A stretch of 63,923 nucleotides of DNA, filler included, from Octopus bimaculoides (lineage: Eukaryota), in the NCBI RefSeq assembly GCF_001194135.2. It is 7 parts of 6 records of this genome, joined end to end, with 100 filler letters (N's around TTAATTAATTAA, not from the genome) between each part and the next. Parts side by side here need not be neighbours in the genome. Positions count along the whole stretch, not along the records: positions 14,782 to 32,300 come from NC_068989.1; positions 32,401 to 49,418 come from NC_068986.1; 5 more parts are not named here. One strand, written 5' to 3'. Of the stretch, positions 25,894-39,004 are shown in pieces. The notes below the pieces were generated by a model, which was given only the letters and a program-made list of their open reading frames with translations, ran no database searches and was not told where the DNA came from. How positions within the stretch are numbered: position 1 is the stretch's first letter; every line of letters begins with the position of its first letter. The translations under genes and the position numbers were made by a program.

Positions 25894-27740
25894 CACAGGC
25901 GGTTTGAGTTGTTTTTTGTCATGTTAGACGTAAGTCATAGTGTTAAATATTTGTTTTATTGATTGTAACTGTTGAAATTGTTCCTAGTTTTATTTTGAAT
26001 TGTTGTTTTTTCCCATTGTGGGAAAATGGAGAAAACGCCAGCAGGTGGCCACAGTTAGGCGGCTGCAACTAGAAAAGGGATAGACGTGGAAACGCTGAAG
26101 GTACGAGAAATAAAGGTTGAGCCTCGAAAAATGAAGGAATGCAAGAAGTTGCTGGAAAGAGACGGAAATACACTGAAATTAACGCCACCTGTGGAACTAA
26201 CAACCAATGCAATGAAAAGAAAGGTGATATATAAGACAATGAAGATAGACACAAGGAAAATAGAAATAGCGACAATAGAGGCTGTTTAAGAATGTTTGGA
26301 GAATATAAAAAGACTAACCACATTTATAACAAGAGGGAGAAAGTACGCTACTGTGGAGGTGCGTTTTGCATCAAAAGAGGAGGCAATTAACCACACCACA
26401 GAGGCAATAAGATCGGAAGAATGGGTACTTTTGCCATCGTACTGTGGCAAACGTGTGGCCAGGGTGCGAGTTGGCAAAGTGCTCCCAAAGCTGAAAGAAG
26501 CATGGCTGATGACAGCCATAATATATGACATGTATGAGGAGGCCAAGATACTGAAGGCCACAAGAACCCAAAGAGTTAATTACTGGGGATATGGAATAGA
26601 GTTAACCGTTCAAGCAACAGTGGAAGACCTAAACAGAATTGTCGAAGAGATAGTGCTGCCCGATGACGTAAGATTCAGAGTGGTGGTGGAGGGCAGGCCG
26701 CCTATATGTTATACATGTGAAGAAAAGGGCCACATGAAGGCGACGTGCCCCCAGAGGGAACAGCACATAGAGCAGACGGAAAGGCAGGAGAGCACGGACC
26801 AGGTGGTACAGTTCGAGATAAAGGAAAAAGCAACAGAGGAGGGGTTCACAGTGTTTAAAAAAAGAAAGAGAAGTGCGAGAGTGAGCTCTCTGCCAGAGCA
26901 GCAAAAAAAGAAAAGAAAAAAAGAAGAGATGGAAAAGGAGGAGACCAGAAGGAAGTAAGACGAAATAATGGTAGATAAAATAAGCGAAAAGGAACTTGAG
27001 GAGGTGTTCAGGGAGAAGTTGCATGAGGTGGAGACATTGGTGAGGGCACAGGTTGTTCCGGTGGAGGAAGAAACTTTAGAAACGCAACTGGAGAGACTGT
27101 TCAGAGTGGTGGAAGAAAAGAAGAAGGTACCAGGAGTGGAGCAGGAAAAGAGAAAACTAATAAGTAAAGGAAAATTTCGATGGGATTTTGTGACTTACGC
27201 AAAAGCAAAGAAACTGAAAAGAAAGTATTAAAGTTTAAACATATTATAAAAGTAAAGTTGCCCACGGATGTATATTCCGAGAATGTGAGGCCATCGTGGT
27301 TGACAAGGACACCTACAACAGACTAAAAGACATTTGTGGAGAAGGGATTGACCCGCCAGGAGTGATGGTGGGGTTCGATGAATTGCCACCAGTAGTGGAG
27401 CAAAAAGATTTAGAACCTTTCATGAGATATTAAAAAAGGAAAAAAAATAAGTAAAATTGTTTTATCGAAGAAAGAAGGAAAAGTAAAATTGTTTCACTTT
27501 AAAAAAAAGAAGAAAAAACGAGATTAAGAGAAAACAAGATAATAGAACGATTGTAAATAGTTTATATAAACGTTCAAATAATACTGCATGGGAGTGGGGC
27601 CCATGCAACCGTTTCATTTCTCATTTTTATATAACATTTCATTTTCATTCGTTTTATGGTTTTGTCCCCACTGTGGTGTTGTGTCTGTCTTTGTAGTTTC
27701 CTCTCTGTGTTGTAGCCGTAGTGCCAAAATAAAGAAACAA
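25894..27740 (+). mobile_element. ORF1-only Tx1/L1-like non-LTR retroelement (HAL1-like), 1847 bp, 14-bp TSD
   Basis: TSD tggcggaggtttgt at 25880-25893 and 27741-27754; aataaa at 27728 with a short A-rich end; no endonuclease or RT sequence. Confidence 0.85.
26026..27231 (+). pseudogene. Tx1/L1-type ORF1 protein (RRM-like region plus CCHC knuckle) with three in-frame stops
   Basis: Single frame from ATG 26026: S*AAA (likely SYAAA), ...RVVVEGRPPICYTCEEKGHMKATCP, K/E-rich tail; stops at 26056, 26287 and 26956; a probable frameshifted extension ends near 27432. Confidence 0.8.
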
Positions 27741-27829
27741 TGGCGGAGGTTTGTACTCTCTGAGCGCTCTAGTATTTAGTTTCACCCGTCTACACTTATT
27801 GTTGCTGCTGCCGCTTTTGCATTCATTTC

Positions 27830-28035
27830 TCTGCTATCTTTTTTCTTTTATTTGTTTCACTCATTAGACTGCGGCCATGCTAGGGCACTGCTTTAAAGAA
27901 TTGCCATCGAACCAATAAACACCGATGCTTACTTTTTTAAAATCCAGGCACTTATTCTATCGGTCTGTGTTGCCGAATCGCAAAGTTACGGCTACGTAAA
28001 CACACCAACACCGGTTGCCAAATGGCGGTGGGGGA
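27830..28035 (-). mobile_element. SINE family A 3' half
   Basis: gtttcactcattagactgcggccatgct...gccgaatcgcaaagttacgg...caccggttg. Confidence 0.75.
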
Positions 28036-28599
28036 CATTGCTTGTCAACCATAAAAGAAGTATCGGCCCGTACTTCAGTAGATTCACTCCCCTCTACCAT
28101 TCCTTACAAATATCGATCCTTGCGTTCAATTAAAAATTATATCAATATTATACAACAGTTTATTTGAAATTCAACACTAATGGAGGATAAAGGAAGTGTT
28201 ATGTGGTTAAAAGTTCCCTTTACATATAAGTGATTGCAAGATCATTATTGATCGTATCTAATTGCATTTAAATTTTACCAGGACTGATAAACTAATGAGT
28301 TCTTTAACTTAAGAGTTTCCACTGGTTATTGCTAGTTTATGGCGGGAAATCTAGTTCATGCGAATTTCCCCTTTTGAAAATCAACCAACGAAAAGAATTA
28401 AAATCGCTTCTTCGAAATAAGGAGATATTCGTCGAATGTACAGTATCAGGAATAATTCTTATCTTTCGGGAGTCGATAAAACATCAATCAAAAATGCAGT
28501 ACTTTATTCTAGCCATTTACATCTGGGCTAGTTTGGTCATTTAGGTGTGTTATAGATACACCGCATTGTCGGTGAAATTATGTCAGTTGCCTAGCAAGG

Positions 28600-28800
28600 T
28601 TAAAGGCAGTTAGTTGGTGGAAGCTTTAAGTCGTTGAAAAATGACTTGCAGCATTCTTTCCGGCTCCTTAAGTTATGAGTTCAAATCCCGCCAAGATCAA
28701 CCTTTATCCTTTCGGGGTCGATAACATAAAATTCCAGCGAAGTACCAGGGTCAGTGGTATCGACCACTGCCCCTTAAAATTGCTGGACCTGAGCCTAAAT
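28600..28800 (+). mobile_element. SINE family B (degenerate)
   Basis: gagttcaaatcccgccaagatcaac...tcctttcggggtcgata. Confidence 0.65.
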
Positions 28801-29160
28801 CAGAATTTATTAACAGCGTCGTTAGAGCGTCTTTCAAATTAATTTCTGGTATATGTTGCGGGTCTTTACGCCTTTTATTTCCTTTTATTACTTATGAGCT
28901 AATAAAGTACCAGTGAAGTACCAGATTTGCAAAACGCTGTAATTGTGTAACCATGTATGAATTCATCTTATACTTTCATCGACAATCTTTTTCTTTCAAC
29001 GTAAAGCAGCGTCAGGTATCTCCTATGAAAAATAAAATAAAAATACGTTGAAATCTAACAGAAATGTATGTTATTACAGACGGCAGAAATGAATCATTTT
29101 ATAAATTCCGCATTCGTAAATATAGATATTGGCGAACGCAGTCAAGAGATGCACTTATTG

Positions 29161-29228
<68 letters not shown>

Positions 29229-30977
29229 TTTGTGAAAATCGAAGAAGAGACGTATCTTTCAAAAGTTTTAGAATCGTTCGCTTTCACTTCCTCTGTTAGT
29301 CTTAAATTTCATTAAAAGAAATGTTGAATTTAGAATTACGGAGATGTACTTGCATAGCAAGTGACCTGATCTGAGATCGTTTGCTGAAACAAAAACAATT
29401 TCAGCGTGGAAGGTGTTTATAAGCCATTTAAAAACACACAAAAACCGTTAGATTCACTTCAACATTTAAATTTAATTTGCCAAAATATTTTCGTCTCTGC
29501 AGCACAGAATTTTGTCAGTGAAGAGGTCGCAGTGTCAAAGCGACGAAAATATTTTGGCAAATTAAATTTAAATTTAGAAGAAAACAAACAAATAAATAAG
29601 TTTTCTTGAAGATAAACCGAAGCAGAGAAAAAAATCGAGAATTCTTGAAACACAAAAATATTGAGATTTCAGTGGAATTCGAAATCAAATATAAAGATAA
29701 ATGAATTTAAGATCGAAATAAGGAATGCCACAATTAATGCTTTAAAATTTGCGTTCGTTTCTGTAGACTAGATATATGCCAATATTTCAAGGAAGGCGTG
29801 ACTAGATTTTCTGAAGTTCATGTCTAACCCGAGCAAAATAGAGAAACTTTTTTAGTTACATTCAGTGGCAAAACAATGTGAATCAAATTTGGGATATTTT
29901 CTTTACACGGTTTCGCTGAGACCTGCAGAGACCTACGAAGTTTGCTGTTCGACCACATGGTTGGATCTTGGACTATTGCCTTCTGCTATAGTCATGGTGG
30001 CTTTGGTAGGTGGAAACGGAAGAACGACGTATACAAAAATAAGTACGTCCATCCATAAATCCATCCATAAATCCATCTATATATACGTATATATATATAT
30101 ATATATACATATACTCATACGTACACACACGCGCGTAACATTCAACAGTAACATTCAACAGCCACTTCGATGTGGCGACTTTATATATATACATATAGTG
30201 TCCTGTTCTGTGATGGTACGATCAACGAAAAGCTACTCCATCAGGTGTGAGATAAATATTATTTAATAAACATAATATGTTTTATGTGTTACTATTAGTT
30301 TAGAGCAAGCCAGAAATAATTTTCAACACATGACATAACAAACTAAAAATGGAACGATAGGATGAGAGAAAAATCGAGAGAAGGGCGAAAAAGAAGTAGA
30401 TATAAAAGGCTCAAGGTTTTCAGGTCTAAGGACTCTAACACTGCTGAATTCTGGATCCGAAATTTTCAGCTGTTGTAAGAATATGTCTAAGTTCTTTTGG
30501 CGAATTCGAAAGTGCTTTCTGGATTGAACACCTCTATCACAGACTCTAATATACTATTTTTTCAGCCTTATATTTTACGATCTAAGAGAAAATAATTCTA
30601 ATAACCACCTCCAACTCCTTTTGCTCCTTTCCGTTTTCTTTTTCGTTTTCTTGTTTTTCAACTTTCCACTTTTGATATCTTCATTCTGCTCGCCTTTTTT
30701 CGCTTTTTCTGTCGTCCTATCGTCCCACTTTTAGTTCTTTATGCTATGTGGACAGTGCCTGATGATTGTGCTAGGACACCAGACGTGTTAAAAAAAATAC
30801 TGTCTGGCATGCTCGCAGCACGAGAAACTAATAGTAGTACATAAAAACTTATATTGTGTTTACTAAACGACAGGAATCTTTCAGTTTCCGCGAACCAAAT
30901 CAACTCACAAGGCGCCTAGGGTTATATCAGAAAACACTACATATCGATATGTCTGAAGATGTGAGTTGGTATGCGTG

Positions 30978-31075
<98 letters not shown>

Positions 31076-32829
31076 TATGTGTGTGTGTGTGAGTCTGTGT
31101 GAGTCTGTGTCTGTCTGTGCGTGAGTCTGTGTATGTCTGTGTGTGCATTATTATAATCAATAACAGGTATACAATCTAATTAAGAAAATTAAAAACAAAG
31201 AAATGGCAAAAATGGAAGCACGTGAAATGTGTGAAATATATACGATGCACACAACTTAATGAAATAGTGACAAACATAATCATATCAATAGCAGAAGATA
31301 ATTAATCAATGATGAAAATGTAATTTGGTTGTATATTACAAAAATGAAGAATTTTGTTTTTAATATTATAAATAATCAAATTTTAAATTACTGTAATCAC
31401 ACTAAATAATGAAATTTATGCAAGGCAATGTAATTTATGATGTAATCAATGATGCTCTGGCTTCTATAATGTCATCTATAATGTCATCTATAACGTGTTT
31501 CTTGTTTCTGTTCCTTTTTCTATTTGACAGATTCGTAGAAAAAATGGGTTATCAAATTCGTTGCGGGCACACTAACACGTCGACAACGGCCAGCAGTTGA
31601 TAAGTAGAAATGATGATGATGATGATGATGATGATGACAATAATATTAATAACAATAATTCTTTCTACTATAGGCACAAGGCCTCAAATTTTGGGGGAGG
31701 TGTTAAGTCGATTACATCGACCTCACTGCGTAAATAATTGTCTTGGTATAAAAGATGTGCTACAGCAAATATCCTGCTCAATACCACAGATTTGATTGTC
31801 AGTTGTCTGACCGTAACCAGTTGAGCTTGTCCCTTAGTGGCTTACGATATGTGCATCTCATATCACGAGCAAGACCAGTGAGGGAACATCATAGCCATGT
31901 ATTGAAAGGAATTCTTTGGGGTTTAAATAGTTCACCTCTGGAAACATTAGTATTTCGCTCATCATCCTTAAACAAACCTTATTCAGAGACCTTTCGAGCG
32001 TGATGGGCTACTCGACCTGAATAACTTCTAACTAGGCCCCACCACCATGTCGCTCACACATGGTCGTGATGCATGTTGCTAGTATACCCTTATCAGTCGC
32101 GTAGTCATGATGGGTGTATTGGGGTTCGTATAATTGTACTCCAGTGTCACTTTGCTTTGCTCTCCCACTCAATAATAACGATAATAATAATAATGGTTTC
32201 AAATTGTGGCACACGATACATAAGTTTATATTTACATATAAACACGCATATACTTCTATATATAACTGTATGAATGTATTTATGAATATATATATATATA
32301 NNNNNNNNNNNNNNNNNNNNNNNNNNNNNNNNNNNNNNNNNNNNTTAATTAATTAANNNNNNNNNNNNNNNNNNNNNNNNNNNNNNNNNNNNNNNNNNNN
32401 ATATATATATATATATATATATATATAAGTATATGCATATATACATACACACATGTACGTATCTACATATGTATGTATATATACATGCATATATGGACAT
32501 AGGACATAAAAAATACAACTAAAAGAGAAACGAGAACAAAAAAAAACAAAAAAACCAACACTTTTTCGAATAACGACAGAAACAAATAGAGAAACGAGAC
32601 AGGCAACATAAAGAACAATCCCTTCATCAGTTGTCCCCTGTTTTATCTACTCCGCAATACAATTAGATATAATAGTGTATTAATATGTTATGATATATTA
32701 AATACATTATAATACTGGTAGCTATATCAATTAAGACCAAAAAAAAAAAAAAAGCAAACTTCATAAATGTGGGTCCAAAACAGCACCTGCGATTGCTAGA
32801 AATAAGAACTAAAATATATAACATGGGTA

Positions 32830-33600
32830 GCCACACAAAATCGCGAACCTCAGATATTCATGGTCTTGATTCTCATCAGTGGTTTCCACAATTTACTCCG
32901 GGTTAAAGAGTTAGCTTGCCTCCCATTTCCTTCTGAGAGAAAAAGACTGTTGAACCACGAGCGCTAAAATTCAAAATGGTTAAACTATATATAAAAATTA
33001 CAATAAGGTATTATAATATATTGATATAATAGCATATTGATATTGTTTCATTCTGTGAGTTTATCTCGCCAAAGAAAGGTGTTGTCTCTTGCTTCTCACA
33101 GTCCCTGAATACCTCATGTGGTTCATGATTTTTGTGGCTTGTCGAGTTAAATCTTTTAGCTCTCATTTTTATCAATCGCATGTGCTGTTTTACACTCCTG
33201 TTTATGAATTTTGCCTTTTTGGTTTTAACTTTTATAACCACCTATATTATAATATACTTAATACCTCATAGTATATTAGTATACTATCATATCTATTTGT
33301 ATTTTTATATACACTTTAACCGTTTTGAACTTTAACGCTCGCTGTTCAACGGTTTTTGTTTTCTCTCAGCAGCATATGGAAAGCAAGCTATATCTTTAAC
33401 CCACAGTAAACTGTGGAAACCCTGACGAGGAACAAGACCATGTTCATTTAAATTCCAAAGCACGTCATAGCGTTTTATCAAACTAGTTCATTCTATGAGT
33501 TTATCTCACGAAGAAAGACGTGGTTGCTTGCTGCTCGCAGTCCCAGAATATCTCATGAGGTTCATGATTGTGTGTGACTATTTTGTTTTAGCTCTCATTT
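32830..33600. repeat. Direct plus inverted repeat cluster with hammerhead-like cores (Penelope pLTR-like)
   Basis: 33048-33170 recurs at 33488-33600 (offset 440); 32830-33000 is an inverted copy of about 33305-33445; CTGACGAG at 33422 and CTGATGAG on the minus strand at 32872-32879. Confidence 0.6.
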
Positions 33601-33800
33601 CTAGCAATTACAGGTGGTATTTTGCACACTTATTTATGTATGAATATACATATGTGTGAGGGGAAGAGATAGAGAGAAAGAGAGAGAGAGAGAGATTGTG
33701 AGATAAACAGATAGAGAGAAACATGAATAGCGAAAGAGTAACAGAGAGAGAAAGACAGACATTGACATATATCTGTGTAAATATAATACGGCTATTCGTG

Positions 33801-33878
<78 letters not shown>

Positions 33879-34264
33879 CAGAGATACCCGGCGTTGTTCT
33901 GCATTAAACCGGCATAGTTTGTATATAATATATTACAGTTATGTTGAAACAGATGATATGGAGATGTGCAGCATTGACAACAAAACATTTGTGGAGTAAA
34001 TGATGGGCTGATTCGACTAAGGTACATGCTATGCGTCCGTTTGGAGTATTTCAGGCCCTAACCTGTCATGGAAAATTGGGGGTGCGTGTTATGTAATTTT
34101 TGAACGCACCGAAAAGCTGTCAGTGGATATACTCTGTTTTTGCAGCAGTCTGCGCTGTGTCTAACACGACCCATCATCTGAAATTTTGACATCGCCTTCG
34201 CGTTTTTGGTGGTGGTGGTGGTGGTGGTGGTGATGATGATGATGATGATACCATGACGATGACG

Positions 34265-34299
<35 letters not shown>

Positions 34300-36814
34300 A
34301 AAATATAGATCTAGCTCATCATATTTAAAGCGATTTGTTGGTAATATAGCTATACGTTTATTCACCCCCTTCCAAACGCAACATACAACGGTTGCTGCAT
34401 CACATTGCACCTGGCTGTAAATCATAACACATTACCACTATCAGTTTCTATGTGCAGTAAGTGGAATATTTTGTAAAAAGTGCAACCAACTGATGCATGC
34501 ACTCTCTCTTTATCAGCGCAGCTGATGCGAATGTTGTAAATCCACATCTAATAATGCATTAAATGCGGTATGCAGACAAGTAGCATGTAGCAGCCGATAA
34601 TTTACAGTGAAGCATCTCATGTACTTACCGACATTTATGAACATCAATGGGCATACTTATGAACATCCATGTAATTCTCATATATCACATATACATAAAG
34701 CATGAATATACATGCTTATAACTCTTCCTTTGTTTACATGTACATTCATCAAAACATATGTACGATTACATAGCCAAACTATTATTATCAGAGACGTACG
34801 AACCTATAAAGTCACGAGGAAGTACACACGCACACACACACGCAAGCATACACATTCATTCACATTCATACGAATGCACACACACATATATATATGAATA
34901 TATGTATACAAATTATGCATGTGCACCCGCGCGCGTGTGCATTCATTTATTCTTTTACTTGTTTCAGTCATTTGACTGCGGTCATGTCGGAGCGCCGCCT
35001 TTCACAGAAATTCTGCTGACAGTAATTTCGAAGTTTCTGCCTGCTTACTTTTCAACTCACTATGGTAGATTTGAGTTCATCATGCTTTATATTGTGTCCG
35101 GTGAGTTTAATTTTTCTAGTGTAGGCGGCGCTCTTGAAGGATAATTAGGTTGTATGCTGATACAAAGAAGTCATGGAAGGTTTCTGTTGATTAAAGTTGG
35201 AGTTGTATTGTTTTTCAGAGTTCAATCATGCGTGTAAGAATCAAGTGTCTCAATGTAATTGTGTCAGATTCAGACCATTAATAATTTAGGTAAGTGAAAA
35301 GTTTAGTTGTTCAGCAAATGCGTGACTAGGTTGTGCTGTTGATAATGAGAGATTTAACTTGCTTGTTTTGTCAAGGTTATTTTTCATTACTCAATACAAC
35401 ATGTAAAACTTTTTTAATTAGGTATATTTATTTAGGTGTGTCAGGTTTAGATCATGGAGATTAAGTAAAAAAAAAAAATGTCGTTATCTACTGCTTTAGC
35501 GATTCACGTAAGAAAGTAAGCAGATGGAAAAGTTAGCTGGTCAGTAGATCTCTATTTGTTTGCGCTGTTTGGACACATCGTGGGAGGTTTAAACTGTTTA
35601 TTTTGGACAGGGGTTGATTATTTTCACAGGTTCCGTTATTTAGTTACTGTTTAGAAAAATCAGCATTTATGTTTTGGGGAGAAAAATTTAGATGACTTTT
35701 TAATGAATATTCTTCCTATTCGGATTCATGCGAGTTTATTAGTTACGATTTTTATAATGTTTCACTTTGGAACTATTACTATTCGCCAACTTATTGTATG
35801 ATACAATGTGTGCATACACTTGACTATAAAAGTAGAAATAAATACAGAAAAAATAATTCTAATCAAAGTTAATGCCCCTACACCCTTAGACCTATGTGTT
35901 TGTGTGTGTGTGCGTGTGTGTGGGGGGTGTATGTGTGTGTAGGTGTGTATCTATATGTATGCACGTATATTAGAATTTTTCATGGGTAATTTGGTTGAAA
36001 ATTGGAGAACTTTAGATGATTTCTATAATGTTTGTTTAGTTTAACGCTAAAATGTTAGTGTGTATGTATACTATGGGGATAGTTTATAGTGATGAGAAAG
36101 ATGTGTTGGTGAGATATTTTCTAGCCATTTGAAAAAAACAATGGGCCTGAAATTATTCAAAGTTTTGGAGATTTTTTTTGTTTGAAGGAAAAGGCTAATT
36201 TAGAATTTCGGTTCAGTATCTAATTCCTAAATATGAGAATATAGTAGAATTCGTTCTAGCTTTGTCTCAATCCATTTTCTCTCCGAAGATAGAATAGGCA
36301 GTCACAATAATATCCAATTCAGGCAACAGCAAAAAATTGCACCAAATACGCAGCTGTTCATGAAACAGCTGTCAAGAAAAATCTGCGCGCCTTTTAAGTC
36401 TCTTCGAGTTTTTCATCTGATGACTTTCTTGTATCAAACAAACTGCGTCACACCGATATTACAGACTTAATGTTCCTTCCTGGAATCTAGCTGATTACGT
36501 CACAAGAGCTTCTCATGGTGGAATTCTTACTAATCTTCTGTTATATATGCTTCTTTGTGTTGTAAACGTTGTATAAATATAAATATCTCATAATCTTATA
36601 ATCTGACCCAATAATTGTTTGCTTCACCTTTTGTTTTATAACAACCATACGTTCATACATATGTGTATATATGCGTGTGTATATCTCTGTACACATACAT
36701 ATATATACATCTCTGTGTGAGCGTGAATATGGGAATGCAGCCCATCAACACTGTTGAGGAACAAAACCGACACACGGGCATACAGTTACATTTGAAAATA
36801 TTTATTTATCTATA

Positions 36815-36985
36815 AGCGCAGAAGTGGCTGTGTGGTAAATAGCTTCCTAACCAGCCACATGGTTCCGGGTTCAATCCCACTGCGTGGCAACTTGGGCAAG
36901 TGTCTTCTGCTATAGCTTCGGGGTGACCAAAGCTTTGTGAATGGATTTGGTAGACGGAAACTGAAAGAAGCCCGTTATATATATA
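36815..36985 (+). mobile_element. SINE family A head/core
   Basis: gcgcagaagtggctgtgtggtaa...ggttcaatcccactgcgtggcaacttgggcaag...gaaagaagcccg then (TA)n and a gap. Confidence 0.85.
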
Positions 36986-37626
36986 TATATATNNNNNNNN
37001 NNNNNNNNNNNNNNNNNNNNNNNNNNNNNNNNNNNNNNNNNNNNNNNNNNNNNNNNNNNNNNNNNNNNNNNNNNNNNNNNNNNNNNNNNNNNNNNNNNNN
37101 NNNNNNNNNNNNNNNNNNNNNNNNNNNNNNNNNNNNNNNNNNNNNNNNNNNNNNNNNNNNNNNNNNNNNNNNNNNNNNNNNNNNNNNNNNNNNNNNNNNN
37201 NNNNNNNNNNNNNNNNNNNNNNNNNNNNNNNNNNNNNNNNNNNNNNNNNNNNNNNNNNNNNNNNNNNNNNNNNNNNNNNNNNNNNNNNNNNNNNNNNNNN
37301 NNNNNNNNNNNNNNNNNNNNNNNNNNNNNNNNNNNNNNNNNNNNNNNNNNNNNNNNNNNNNNNNNNNNNNNNNNNNNNNNNNNNNNNNNNNNNNNNNNNN
37401 NNNNNNNNNNNNNNNNNNNNNNNNNNNNNNNNNNNNNNNNNNNNNNNNNNNNNNNNNNNNNNNNNNNNNNNNNNNNNNNNNNNNNNNNNNNNNNNNNNNN
37501 NNNNNNNNNNNNNNNNNNNNNNNNNNNNNNNNNNNNNNNNNNNNNNNNNNNNNNNNNNNNNNNNNNNNNNNNNNNNNNNNNNNNNNNNNNNNNNNNNNNN
37601 NNNNNNNNNNNNNNNNNNNNNNNNNN

Positions 37627-37666
<40 letters not shown>

Positions 37667-39004
37667 ACCTAAATATACATCCGATGGGATTAAGTCAGTT
37701 ACTGAAGATAACACGCAGCGGGACCGAACGCAGAACCATATGATTATAAATACACACAAACACACACTCACGCATATATATATTATATATGTATGTATAT
37801 ATATGTATGTCTGCATACATATGTATATGTGTATGTATGTATGTATCTATGTACGCTTGTATATATGATTACACGCACATTTGTACATACATGCACGCAT
37901 GCATACACATATACATCAGTATAAAAAACGGAATATATATTTGTATGTGTATTCTAGTCAGAAAGTATGGTCTGTATAGATATATATATATATAATTATA
38001 AGTGTATGATTATTCACAAGGTATGAGGGAGAGAGATATGTTAGAGAGCTGAATTGTAAGAGAAGGGCAGAGTATTAAAGGAATCAGATACAGGAGGTAT
38101 GTAGCACGTAAATAGACGGTGTAAGGTCAGTTTAATAGCATTTAGAGATGTAGATAAAGATTAAAGAAGATAAAGCATGGTATAAACTGGAATAGTATTT
38201 GCCTCGAAAGATGTGAGGCTATCAACCAGGCTATGGAAGACACATATTGTTAACGCACGTGCGTGCATATATATTTATACACGTACATATATGTATATAC
38301 GTATATATATACATATATATATATATANNNNNNNNNNNNNNNNNNNNNNNNNNNNNNNNNNNNNNNNNNNNNNNNNNNNNNNNNNNNNNNNNNNNNNNNN
38401 NNNNNNNNNNNNNNNNNNNNNNNNNNNNNNNNNNNNNNNNNNNNNNNNNNNNNNNNNNNNNNNNNNNNNNNNNNNNNNNNNNNNNNNNNNNNNNNNNNNN
38501 NNNNNNNNNNNNNNNNNNNNNNNNNNNNNNNNNNNNNNNNNNNNNNNNNNNNNNNNNNNNNNNNNNNNNNNNNNNNNNNNNNNNNNNNNNNNNNNNNNNN
38601 NNNNNNNNNNNNNNNNNNNNNNNNNNNNNNNNNNNNNNNNNNNNNNNNNNNNNNNNNNNNNNNNNNNNNNNNNNNNNNNNNNNNNNNNNNNNNNNNNNNN
38701 NNNNNNNNNNNNNNNNNNNNNNNNNNNNNNNNNNNNNNNNNNNNNNNNNNNNNNNNNNNNNNNNNNNNNNNNNNNNNNNNNNNNNNNNNNNNNNNNNNNN
38801 NNNNNNNNNNNNNNNNNNNNNNNNNNNNNNNNNNNNNNNNNNNNNNNNNNNNNNNNNNNNNNNNNNNNNNNNNNNNNNNNNNNNNNNNNNNNNNNNNNNN
38901 NNNNNNNNNNNNNNNNNNNNNNNNNNNNNNNNNNNNNNNNNNNNNNNNNNNNNNNNNNNNNNNNNNNNNNNNNNNNNNNNNNNNNNNNNNNNNNNNNNNN
39001 NNNN

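Larger units (their letters stand above)
25540..27775. mobile_element. Helentron/DINE-1-like non-autonomous element (~370 bp), split by the 25894-27740 insertion
   Basis: 5' perfect 12-bp palindrome tacctccgcctt-tttt-aaggcggaggta (25550-25577); 3' subterminal ggcggaggt followed by a degenerate actctctgagcg hairpin and ctagt. Confidence 0.7.

Noticed and set aside
32600-32640. CTGATGAAGG motifs (minus strand here, plus strand at ~2145)
   Set aside because: No GAAA or stem III follows; possibly Penelope terminal relics but not supportable as ribozymes.
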